A DNA stretch of 64,000 bases, taken from contig OX597832.1 of the NCBI GenBank assembly GCA_951406725.2, forward strand, positions 36,332,001 to 36,396,000, given 5' to 3'. The position numbers and the translations under genes are program-made. Below the pieces are notes generated by a model. The model saw only the letters and a list, made by a program, of their open reading frames with translations. It was not told where the DNA came from and ran no database searches. Source of the stretch: Octopus vulgaris. Taxonomy: Eukaryota. Position 1 is the stretch's first letter; every line of letters begins with the position of its first letter. Positions 1 to 11,475 of this stretch are shown here, in pieces.

Positions 1-184
1 GACACACAAATGTATACATATATATGATGGGTTTCTTTCAGTTTCTGTTTACCATATCTAATCACAAGGCTTTGGTCAGCCCGAGACTATAGTAGATGTT
101 TGCCCAAGGTGTCATACAGTGGGACTGAACCTGGAACCATGTGGTTGGGAAGCAAGCTACTTACCTCAAGCCACACCTGCACCT
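1..184 (-). mobile_element. SINE-A, head half (window edge)
   Basis: Reverse complement of the head of the copy at 13187 (ttgcccaaggtg...cagtgggactgaacc...ccacacctgcacc). Confidence 0.85.
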
Positions 185-395
185 ATATATATGTGTGTGT
201 GTGTGTGTGTGTGCTAGCAGAGTACAAGATGTGGTTTTAGTGTGGTTTGGCATCTATCTCTAGCTTGTTGGTATTGTTTATCATCACCCTTTATTATAAT
301 TATATCTTTATAATTAAATATTAGTATTAATTGTTACCTATATGGTCTTTATTTCATGCTGGCCACTAGATAAGATCTCTATAATGATTTTATCC

Positions 396-431
<36 letters not shown>

Positions 432-441
432 TATATTTAAA

Positions 442-597
442 TATAAATAAGTGGAGAAACCACTAAGTGGATTCCTTGTATGCTAAAAATAGATATCAAA
501 CCATCCTGCCACAAAACACATTTTTCATGGTAGGACAGTTTGGCGTCTATTTTTAGCATACAAGGAATCCAGTTAAGGGCATTTCCTCTGATTTATA
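442..597. repeat. Fold-back/MITE-like inverted repeat between (TA)n tracts
   Basis: 25-bp perfect IR 469-493 vs 546-570; arms extend with mismatches to about 70 bp. Confidence 0.8.
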
Positions 598-654
598 TGT
601 GTGTGTGTGTAGAAAGATATATAGATAGATGTATGTGTGCTTGCATTATTGTTA

Positions 655-1230
655 CCTTGCAAAGTAATTTTGTCAAGAGAAATAACTGAACTGAACTGAT
701 CCCTCTTCAGTACCACATATCATCTCATCAATTCTTCTGGCAACAATGGAATTACACAAAGGAATTACCTGAATTGTTTCACTGGAACACAAATTCATGA
801 AGGCAGATATTATTTTTGACAATGAAGCCAGGAAAACTCATCAATGTTGTGATGATTTCTAGTGTTAGCAATCAGCTTATTAATTTTCTATGATGCAACA
901 AACCCATTTTCTAATTTCTGTGACATTTAACAATCAGCTTCAATTTTGGCCTTTTCTCAAAATTTCCACAGAGGTTTTTGAAGAAATTCAAGAGCTTATC
1001 TTTCTTATCTTGAGTGGAATTCAAGTGTTTTTTGTAATTCAATTTGCTCCTCCTCAGGCTTTCATTTGATAATGTAGATGTGCTGTTGAAGCACACAGGT
1101 AAAGACAGGTTCTACAGAGATGCATTGAAGCCATATCTTAAATATTCCACTGAATAATGCCAACCTTATTTTTGCAGCTGAGAAACCATGGGTAAAATTA
1201 TTTTGGGGTACACAAGAAAAAATTGGCAAA
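655..1230 (-). mobile_element. Decayed hAT (Charlie/Buster-type) transposase N-terminal relic
   Basis: Minus-strand peptides in collinear order: YSVEYLRYGF..LPVC, TLSNESLRRSKL..HL..DKKDKLLNFFK, VAS*KINKLIA..HNIDE, IPLCNSIVARRIDEM. These match ZBED5/Buster-like motifs and carry stops and frameshifts. Confidence 0.8.
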
Positions 1231-2147
1231 TTGAAGAATAGTATTGTAATAGTAAAGTATTGATAAGTACTTAGGAAATATCACAGAAGGGTATTGGTAA
1301 GAAAAAACAAGATCAATCAAGACACAGTAGTTGACGCTTTAACCTTCAATTATAAGACCATAAATCAGAATCGATAGAGAAACCATTTCTCACATCAAAT
1401 GATTCTAGAAATTTTATGCAACTACAATAATATTCGTAATTTGCAGAAGTGAGTGGCTATGAAATATGCTGATCAGAGAAGCAAGAGAGAGGTGAATGGG
1501 AGAAATTATGACAAACAGAGCAAGGGTATCGCAACCAAAATAAGTGCAAAGAATGTCTCTGATCTACAACTACGATGTTACATCAATACTTCGTAAAGAC
1601 TGATACATAAGTGCTTCCATGAATCAATAAACAGATTATGAATCATTTTAAGATCAGATCAAATTTACCCACCAGATGAACTTAAATGGGGTGGGGAGGG
1701 TAACTGAGCACATGATGAATCGTGAAATGTCTGATCCAAATCTGCCCTTATTAGGATGTCACCTGTTCAGCTCCAGGGTCTTATGTCCTTCTGGGACCAT
1801 TCTTCTCAGATTTTTCAGGCTGTGCCCCCCCCCATAACCCCAAATTTGGAAAGCAATAGCCTCTTACCCTCATTAGAATGGTCTTTAATTTCATGCATTT
1901 CTTGAGTAGTTATGTCTACTATGTTGAAAAATTTATTTATTTTTATTCAATAAATTATTTTCTAAATTTTAGTGTGATTCCCTTGTTTTACAAACAGTGG
2001 AGCCCAGAAATTTGTGTAGGATTCCTAAGGAAGCCCTAAGTGAAAAAGGGTTAGGAATGCAAGCATAGAAAAATGGACGTAAAATTGAGTGAAAACTGAA
2101 TTACATATCAATAGGATTCTAGGAATATACGTACAAGAGAGTGTGTC

Positions 2148-2199
<52 letters not shown>

Positions 2200-2544
2200 T
2201 GTGCATGCAAATACATTTCATTATATATCAAGTTCAATGTGTCCAATTAAAAAGTAATTAAGTAGTTCATTAGATAAAGTGATTATGCAAATTAGAAAAG
2301 TAATGTTCAAAATTAATTTAATAAACATAAATGTAGTAAATGAAGTTATTAATCAAATCAGGTGTAAATAAAAGACTCGTGAGTCACAAACAAGAATCCT
2401 GTTCAGAAAGTTTATGGCTGCAAATCAATGCATCCAAACTTGTGTTCTTCCAGACTCATTAAAAAGTATTAAAGTTATTCTGATTTTCAAAAAAAGGTAA
2501 CAAAATGCCATTTACAAATTATCGACGAATTTCTTTACTTTCAT

Positions 2545-2913
2545 CTTTTTACTTGTTTCACTCGTTGGCCATGCTGTAGCACTTCTTTGAAGGGTTTAAG
2601 TTGAACAAGTCGACCCCAGTCCATTTTTTCTTTTGAAGTCTGGTACTTATTTTATCAGTTTCTTTTGCTGAGCCACAAGGTTCTGAGGGTGTAAACAAAC
2701 CAACATCAGTTGTCAAGCAGGGATGGAGAAACAAACATAAACACACACATGGTGGCTTCCATACAGTTTCCCTCCTACCAAATGCACTCACGAAGCATTG
2801 ATTGGCCTGGAGCTATAGTAGAAGACATTTTTCCTAGGTGCTCTGCAGTGGGACTGAACCCAAAATCACATTACTGCAAAGCAAGCTTCTTGACCACACA
2901 GCCATGCCTGCAC
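2545..2913 (-). mobile_element. SINE-A, near full length
   Basis: Tail ttttacttgtttca...ggccatgctg through to head gccatgcctgcac. Confidence 0.85.
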
Positions 2914-3109
2914 TAATACAAAAGTAGTTTCCTCACTTATCAATTTATTGAATATAATGGTAAAAATGTCATCTAATCTGCTTCTCTCAAGGCATCATCT
3001 TGGAACCCCTTTCATCATAATTTATTTATAGCAACGACCTAGCCATGGCCTATATAGGGATAGACCGTCCTGTCACTCACACACATGCAACTGGCAATCT
3101 GTTGATAAC

Positions 3110-3415
3110 AACAACGAGGGTTCCAGTTGATCCGATCAATGGAACAGCCTGTTCGTGAAATTAATGTGCATGTGGTTGAGTGCTTCACAGACACATGTAC
3201 CTATAATGTAGTTCTTGGAGAAATTCAGCATGACATAGAATGGGACAAGGCCAGACCATTGAATTACAGGTACTACTTATTTTTGCCAGCTGAATGGACT
3301 GGAGCAAAGTGAAATAAAGTGTCTTGCTCAAGGACACAGTGTGCTACTCGCTTTTGAACCCATGACCTGACGATTGTGAGCCAAACACCTTAACAGCTGA
3401 GCCATGCACCGTCAC
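3110..3415 (-). mobile_element. SINE-C (tRNA head plus CORE-like gtgtccttgagcaagacact block)
   Basis: Reverse complement of the copies at 35600 and 62869. Confidence 0.85.
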
Positions 3416-4014
3416 TGGACACATACTCTCACACACTAACATGCAGAAAGCCAAAACAAAACAAAAAGTATTGAAGTTGGAAATTGAAATTTTTAAAGTG
3501 GCATTATTTAAAAGAGCATCAGTTCATAAAATAGTCATAAATGAAATTGAATTAAAACTGAGTTTATTAAAGAGGAAGAGATTATAAAAGAGTTACTTAA
3601 ATGCTACCATAATTTAAAGGGGGATAAATTAATTATTGTTACAAAGTGAAATAGTCATAGGTGAAATTAAAGAGGATTAAAGGAGCAATTAAAATAGGGA
3701 CAGCTCTTGTAATTACATTCCTGGATGACAATCAAAATAAATCACAGAGGGGCTAATCAAAGTGGTGCGATTGAATTCACAAATTACTCCCCTTTCAACC
3801 GAAATTATTTTCCTTCTACAACACATTTTAATTGTATTCACAAATTTTCACTCTTATCTTCAAATTTATGCTGAGTTACATCTTAATTTAGGTACAAACC
3901 ACAGGTGACTTGGATCAACCGATGAGAAAGTTGAGTTTTGATGCCAGCCTGAGTTTCACTTGAATGTTGTTGTTTGTTCCATACAGATGCAAATATGGCT
4001 AAACTGTTCAGAAG

Positions 4015-4234
4015 CTACACTCTGTCGTGAAAGCACACTGACATTTCACACCCAGTGGAGCATACTAGCTTCATTGCTTTCAAGCCTACACATGTCCTCA
4101 GCAGTCACAGCCCATGTTTCACTGCCATGTAGCATGGCTGTTTGCACACATGCATCATACAGTCTACCTTTCAATCTGAGAGAGAGGTCCTTTGTTACCT
4201 AGCAGAGCTAGGAGCTTTCAGAACTTTGCCTAGC
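4015..4234 (-). mobile_element. RTE-D LINE ORF fragment, inverted relative to the adjacent tail
   Basis: Translates LSLRLKGRLYDACVQTAMLHGSETWAVTAEDMCRLESNEASMLHW, containing the RTE-type 'LL(Y/H)GSETW' motif. Confidence 0.85.
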
Positions 4235-4357
4235 AACCACAGAAACCATACCAAAACAAACTGGAGTCTGGTGTAGCCTTCCAGCTTTCCATCCCTGGTC
4301 AAACCATCCCACCCATGCCAGCATGGACAAGAGACGTTAAATGATGATCATGATGAT
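4235..4357 (+). mobile_element. RTE-D 3' tail
   Basis: acccatgccagcatgga...gacgttaaatgatgat, shared with 16270-16336 and 45885-45935. Confidence 0.85.
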
Positions 4358-4385
4358 ATATAATATTTACATATATACATATACA

Positions 4386-4559
4386 GGCACAGGAGTAGCT
4401 GTGTGGTATGTAGCTTGCTTACCAACCACATGGTTCTGGGTTCAGTCCCACTGAGTGGCACCTTGGGCGAGTGTCTTCTACTATAGCCTTGAGCTGACCA
4501 AAGCCTTGTGAGTGGATTTGGTAGATAGAGACTGAAAGAAGCCCGTTGCATATATTTTA

Positions 4560-4610
<51 letters not shown>

Positions 4611-4826
4611 ATGCTTGTGTGTCTGTGTTTGCCCCCCCCCCCCATCGCTTGACAACCGATCTTGGTGTGTTTACGTCCCCGTAATTTAGCAGTTTGGCAA
4701 AAGAGACTGATAGAATAAGTACTAGGCTTAGAAAGAATAAGTCCTGGGAGCGATTTGTTTGACTAAAGGCGGTGCTCCAGCATGGCTGCAATCAAATGAC
4801 TGAAACAAGTAAAAGAATAAAAGAAT
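4386..4826 (+). mobile_element. SINE-A, full length
   Basis: tRNA-like head (A box tagctgtgtgg, B box ggttcagtcc), internal (TA)n, tail tgactgaaacaagtaaaagaa. Confidence 0.92.
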
Positions 4827-4989
4827 ACATATATTACATATATATATAATACGTATATATAATCATCATCATCATTTAGCGTCCGCTTTCCATGCTAAAT
4901 GATGATGATGATTATATATATATATTATATATATTTGTAATATATGTATATATATATATTATATATATATGTAATATATGTATTCTTTT
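4819..4989. repeat. Fold-back inverted duplication
   Basis: 33-bp perfect IR 4819-4851/4957-4989 and 20-bp perfect IR 4861-4880/4894-4913. Confidence 0.85.
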
Positions 4990-5689
4990 ATAATATATAT
5001 ACATATTTAATATAATACATACATATAATATATATATATATACATATATGCATATACATATATAGATATATATACACATATGTATATATACACATATATG
5101 TGTGTGTGCGTATGATCATCAATTTATGACTGCTTTCTCTTCTGTCATGGGTTGGACAGGTCGCCACCAACTAAATTAGTTCTCATCCAAAGTTATGGCA
5201 CTCCCAGACATTTTGGCAGACCACATCACATTCATACGTTTTTATTTCACTCTTGGTTTGTACAGGAAATTAATTCATCATAGGGTTTGATGATGAAACT
5301 CGTAATAGGTCAGACTGAGTTACTTAGTATTTACAAAAGTGGGTGAGTATTCCACAGACCCTTGACATAAATCCTCCAGCAGAAATTGATGTGGTATGGC
5401 TGACCCTTTGAAATGGAGAAGCTGTTCATCAGATCACATTCACTTGAAATACACAGAAACAAACTAGCATTCGTGGTAAGGCACAGAAAATCAAACTTGG
5501 ATAAACACACACACACATACATGGAAATACATATGCAATGTAAGGATGCATACCCTTATACACACACACACACACTCACATGCAACATATATACACATAC
5601 ATACACAAGCACAAATACACTCATGTACGGCATAAGCACTGACACACACACAACATAAGTACGCACACTCATACACTCATACCTTGTAT

Positions 5690-6118
<429 letters not shown>

Positions 6119-6120
6119 AT

Positions 6121-6510
6121 ATCTTTTATGTTTTACTTGTTTCAGTCATTAGACTGCAACCATGAAGAAACATGACCTTGAAGAGTTTTTAGTCAAATGA
6201 ATTGACCCCATTACTTTTTCCTTTTAAGCTTAGTACTTATTCTATCGGTCTCTTTGGCTGAACCACTAAGTTACAGGGACATAAGCACGTCAGCATCGAT
6301 TGCCAAGCAATGGCAGGAAGATAAACACAAACACACATACATAAATACATACAATTGGCTTATGTATGTGATGGGCTTCTTTCAGTTTCCATCAACAAGG
6401 CTTTGGTTGATCAAAGGCTATTGTAGAATATACTTACCCAAGGGCCATGCAGTGGGACTCAACCCCATGGTTAGGAAACAAGCTTCTTCTACACAGCCTT
6501 ACCTGCACCT
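6121..6510 (-). mobile_element. SINE-A, near full length
   Basis: Tail ttttacttgtttcagtcatt through to head cacagccttacctgcacc. Confidence 0.85.
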
Positions 6511-7392
6511 ATACACATACACAGAACACAAGTATGCACACACACACATATAACATAAGTTTACACACACAATAAACGGTAAACATATCAAGACACAATT
6601 CTACACGAGCTCTCACTGAGACACATGCACTCACACACATACACAGAGTCTCACACATACAGTCACACACAAACAATATTCCTGATCAGTCAAAGACAAC
6701 AACAGATTAGTAAAATGACTCAGTGATAGTTAAAATACGTGGTAATAAGAAACAACAAGATTTACTAAATTGGTGCAAACATCTACCATACTCTGCTACA
6801 TTTACTGAAAGACATCTCTATTGAACAGTATCATTTTCTACAGCTGCCTAAAAAAATCAATAAAGAAATTCTATCAGATTCCAAATGTTCTCAAGAAACG
6901 GTGCTGTTATAGACTTCAGTGAAACCATCATGCTATCACATCCGAAACACACACAGCTTCATGGATGGTTGTTGCTTTGGAGATGTTTGTGTTTTAAACA
7001 GAGATTTTATTAACATTATTTTGTTGTTATTTTTACCTCTCTATCCTGAAGAGTGTATCATAAGGTTTTGGAGAGTTTTATAAAAACATTTTCTTTCTTA
7101 ACTCTCTCTGTCTGTTTTTGCTGTGTTCTTTCATTGTTTTATTTTTATTGTTGCTTTTTGTGTTGCTCTTACTCTTACTGTTATTGTTTTTGTTGCTGTT
7201 GTTGTTATAGTTATTATTTCCTACCAATGGAAATACGGTAACAAATAATGTTTCCGTGTTTGATTTCTGACATGCATTTAGGTGTGCGTATGCCAATATA
7301 TGTGTTCATGTGTGTGACTGTGTGAGAGCTTGAGTGAGGTTTTTCTTTTATGCAGCATGTTACAGGCACTTTAGAATATAGACATAAATAAG

Positions 7393-7394
<2 letters not shown>

Positions 7395-7440
<46 letters not shown>

Positions 7441-7666
7441 TATATATATATATGTGTGTGAGTGTGTATATATATGCATATATATATGTGTATATATATA
7501 TGCATATGCATATATATATATGTGTATATATATATATGTGTGCATATATATATATATATGCATATATATATATATATATACACATACACACACACACATA
7601 TATATATACGCATGCACACATATATATATATACATACATACATGCACACACACACACACACACACA
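7395..7666. repeat. Compound TA/TG/CA microsatellite
   Basis: Direct inspection. Confidence 0.95.
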
Positions 7667-7670
7667 GAAG

Positions 7671-8375
7671 GGGGTCTCATGGAGGATAAGGACTGGATGG
7701 AAAGCATTCAACTCCATCAATGCCCATGGGCATACGGTGTAGTGGTTAAGAGCGCGGGCTACTAACCCCAAGATTCCGAGTTCAATTCCAAGCAGTTACC
7801 TGAGCAACTACAACAACAATATTGAAAAATATCCCGATTCAAAATTTCCCCAAGGGTATATGCAGCCGAAACATTAGGACAAATATCCGTCAAATGTAAA
7901 TAATGTAAATAATCCATCAAAGACGTCCTCAAAGGAAAGTTGGATAGGACCACTTGCACCTACCCCTTCAGTGGCTCAGTTTTACTTGCAATTTTGTACC
8001 TGAGTCACAACGAAGAGAGAGGAGCAGAGGCTGGTAACTGCTCAAAGTGCGATTGAAAGATTGATGCTGAGAGTGTCACTGAAAAAGAAATCTGGTGTGA
8101 GAGACATCATCACCAAATACAGAAGGTAGAAGTTCAGATGGGCTGGACTCAATGCTCAATTCACCTACAACTGGTGGATTTGTGCAGTTGTCGAGTGGCA
8201 TCTGCATGAGTGGAAGAGGCCATTCAGAAGGCCTCCAAAATGGAGGGTTGATGAAATATGACAAGTGTTTGGAGCTACATGGATGAGGAAGGAATGATCC
8301 GGAGAGGAATGGACGGCATGCTGGAACCAGCAGTGTCAAAACAATGCCTAACAGTCTGGTCGGTCAAGATGATCA
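7671..8375 (+). mobile_element. Decayed RTE-clade LINE C-terminal fragment (family distinct from RTE-D), interrupted by SINE-T
   Basis: [12 protein letters not shown]|KDVLKGKLD...VLLAILY; then EEQRLVTAQSAIERLMLRVSL..SGVRDII..KFRWAG..W..AVVEW..KRPFRRPP..DEI..FGATWMR with in-frame stops. Confidence 0.85.
7721..7912 (+). mobile_element. tRNA-derived SINE (SINE-T) with 8-bp TSD
   Basis: A box ggtgtagtgg, B box gagttcaattcc, tandem tail (aatgtaaat)2; tccatcaa duplicated at 7713-7720 and 7913-7920. Confidence 0.85.
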
Positions 8376-9454
8376 AGGTAATTTATATATGTGTGTTTAG
8401 ATATATATATATATATATATGTATGTATATATGTATATATATATACACACACCTAAACACACATGCAAGCATTCATACAATGTTAATTATATTCATATAG
8501 AATATTGCATATATATGTGTATATGTGTATATGTGTATGTATATTGATGTATATTTGTGGTATACTTAAAGCAATGTGAATGAGCATCATGATTATATTC
8601 ACTAATATTGCTTTCTTTGTAGAATTACTTCACACTTCTATACATATGTGTGTGTATCTATGTATGTATATATCTTTGTGTGTGTGTATATATATATACA
8701 CACACACACACATACACACACATATATGCATGCACATTTTTTAATAATATTTATCAAGCATGATATAACATGAAATATATTGTGTGTGTGCAAACCTTTA
8801 CACACATAAGTATATATTGTCACTCTTATATGCATATACAGATGTAAACAGTGCATACATAGACTGCAGCATGAAGGCATTAATGCACTTTTACACTTAT
8901 GCACGCATATCATAGAATGTCTTCAATAGATTTTTCCTGCGGTATTGTCTAAATGACCATTAATTCATAACTTACAATGCTTCATTGAAGAATCCTATTA
9001 ATTTTGCTAACCTAACATTATATTTTAAGTGATTCCTAATTAAGGAATAAATAGATTAACTCTACCATAGGTTTATCTCTAATTAATTTACAAACTTCAC
9101 TGCTCAAATACCACTTCTTTATATTTACATTGACTGTGTCATTGTTTTTGTTTTTTCACTCATTGCTGTTGTTGTTGCTGCTGTTGTTGTTTTTTGTTGT
9201 TGTTGTCATTGATGGTGGTGGTGGTGGTGGTGTTGCTACTGAGATGCTCTTCTGATACAGAATTTTCAAAGAATTGTTTTGATAAAAAAATTTCAAAGAA
9301 TTACTTGTCTATTTCATTGAATTTTTATTATTATTTTATAATTACTTAAACATTTTAGTCCAAACAGCCTGTACCAGAAGAGAAAATATATTTGATGTGG
9401 TTAGCTTACAGTTTATAACATCAATTCTCTAAAATGTAAACAAATATAAATATA

Positions 9455-9507
9455 AAGGCGGTGCTCCAGCATGGCCACAGTCAAATGACTGAAACGAGTA
9501 AAAGAGT
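9455..9507 (+). mobile_element. SINE-A 3' tail fragment
   Basis: aaggcggtgctccagcatggccacagtcaaatgactgaaac. Confidence 0.85.
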
Positions 9508-10183
9508 ATACCTTGTTATTCTCTTTGCACGCACAAAAATAAGGATGTTATCTTTGATCATTTTTCGGAGGATAAATACTCATCCTCTTCTTCTTCTTAT
9601 GAAAATCAGTTGGTAGAAGTCACTATTTAAATCAAGCACAAACCAAAACCAAGTTGAAATGGCTTGTAATTAAAAATATTTCATGTACAAACAGTGTGTA
9701 TTAGAGGATTAAGTATAAATTTCTAAGAGGTTAGTCTATGATTTAGGATGCTTGTTTGGTAGAAAGTAAAGAAATGTAAATATATTTATCAAGCAACTAA
9801 ACGATGCATGATACGCAAATAGCAAGATATATGTGCGCACATGCATGCGTGTGTGTGTGTGTGTGTGTGTGTATGTAAAAATAGATCTCAGTATGCTTTG
9901 GTTAAAAGACCCTTTTGACAGAAAAAAAGGGACAGTCTTACACTTAGTCTCTTGTTGTAAACAGCTGAATTGTTGTAAGATTAAACCAGCTGAACTGTGT
10001 GTACAAACACACTCACACAAACACACAAGAACGCAGTTCCGATAATGGACAGAGTCACTGACTGTTGAACTGGTTGCGAGATGCAACAAAACTTTGAATA
10101 AAAATAAATAAGTAAATGAGTGGAAATCAGACCGGTGAGTGTTAAATTAATAAGGCACTAAAAGAGAATGGGTCTCCCCAGAC

Positions 10184-10218
<35 letters not shown>

Positions 10219-10221
<3 letters not shown>

Positions 10222-10476
10222 GGTCTGAACAATAAGTATCTGGTCTGTTGCCATAGTAACGAAGCTAAAGTATGCAGAGTGAATCCACATGGCACAGATT
10301 GACCTTGAACTCTGCTGTGCATGCACACTAAGTTTTAACATTTGAGCTCACTTCTGCTGTTTACAGCAATGCTTGGAAGGAAGGGGTGTAGCATGTGATC
10401 ATCACTTTGATAATGACAGAGAAAGTTGAGCAGAGAATCTGTATCAAATTTTGCCAAAAGCTTGGTGATACCTGCT
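10219..10476 (+). mobile_element. mariner 5' end (TIR, leader, start of transposase)
   Basis: Follows TA; encodes MTEKVEQRICIKFCQKLGDTC; highly similar to the reverse complement of 55850-56055. Confidence 0.88.
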
Positions 10477-10716
10477 ATCCGAATTGACAGTACTTTGGTA
10501 GATAAAGTAATTAAGGGTATGTGTCTGTGTTTGTGCTCAGAGCCCGAAAATTGCTTGGGAATGAGCCATGTTATTAAAACTTAGCTAGAATTCATCTCCA
10601 ACACATGAAACTTAAAGAGAATAACAAGCTACATAATGCAAAATTTTTACTTTTCAAAAATTCCAATTCTAAAGGGTCGAAACAAACCCGAACAACGCCG
10701 GGCGATACGGGTAGTT
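10477..10716 (+). mobile_element. Possible non-autonomous Helitron 3' end
   Basis: Terminal GC hairpin cccg-aacaacgc-cggg followed about 8 nt later by gtagt, a degenerate CTAG|T. Confidence 0.4.
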
Positions 10717-10867
10717 GTATAATAAAACAGGAATTTGGGAAATTTATTGGTATTATATATTCACCATTACATATGTTTCATATGCTAATAGGAATTACAG
10801 AGTTTCACATGTTAGATACACATGTAAATAATTTCTTATTAGAAATGTTTCCGACACAGAAATTAAA

Positions 10868-10907
<40 letters not shown>

Positions 10908-10916
10908 GAAGGCACA

Positions 10917-11128
10917 TGCTTGCGAAGACTTGTTGAGGTAATGGAAATTGAAATCAAATTCGATGACTGGCATCCGTGCTAGTGGAGCGCTGGGAGCACC
11001 ATCCGAGCATGATCGTTGCCAGAGCGGCTAACTGGCGTTCGTGCCAGTGGAACATAAAAGGGCACTATTCTGGCGTGATCGTTACCAGCGTCGCCTTACT
11101 GGCACCTGTGCCAGTGTGCAGGTGACAC
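10917..11128 (+). mobile_element. RTE-D 3' UTR internal fragment
   Basis: Aligns by eye to 45486-45700 (gaaatcaaattcgatgactggcatc...gatcgttgccagagc). Confidence 0.85.
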
Positions 11129-11134
11129 GTATTT

Positions 11135-11475
11135 TTATCTTTCCTTTTTACTTGTTTTATTTCAGTCATTGGACTATGGCCATGCAGGGACACAACTTTG
11201 AAGAGTTTAGGCAAACAAGTCAACACCAATACTTGTTTTAAGCCTGGCACTTATTTTAACAATCTCTTTTGCTGAACCACAAAGTTATGGTAATGTAAAC
11301 TGGATGCCAAATGACGATGGTGGACAAACAAAGAAACACATACACATATGCATGCTTACATATATACATTCAAGGCTTTGGTCAACCTAGGTCGAAGATA
11401 CTTACTCAAGGTGCCATACAGTGGGACTGAACCCTGAACCATGTGGTTAGGCAGTAAGCTTCTTACCACACAGCT
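11135..11475 (-). mobile_element. SINE-A
   Basis: Tail ttttacttgttt through to cagtgggactgaaccc...cttaccacacagc. Confidence 0.85.

Noticed and set aside
7728-7795. Possible tRNA gene
   Set aside because: A and B boxes are present but there is no acceptor-stem pairing; it is the head of a TSD-flanked SINE.
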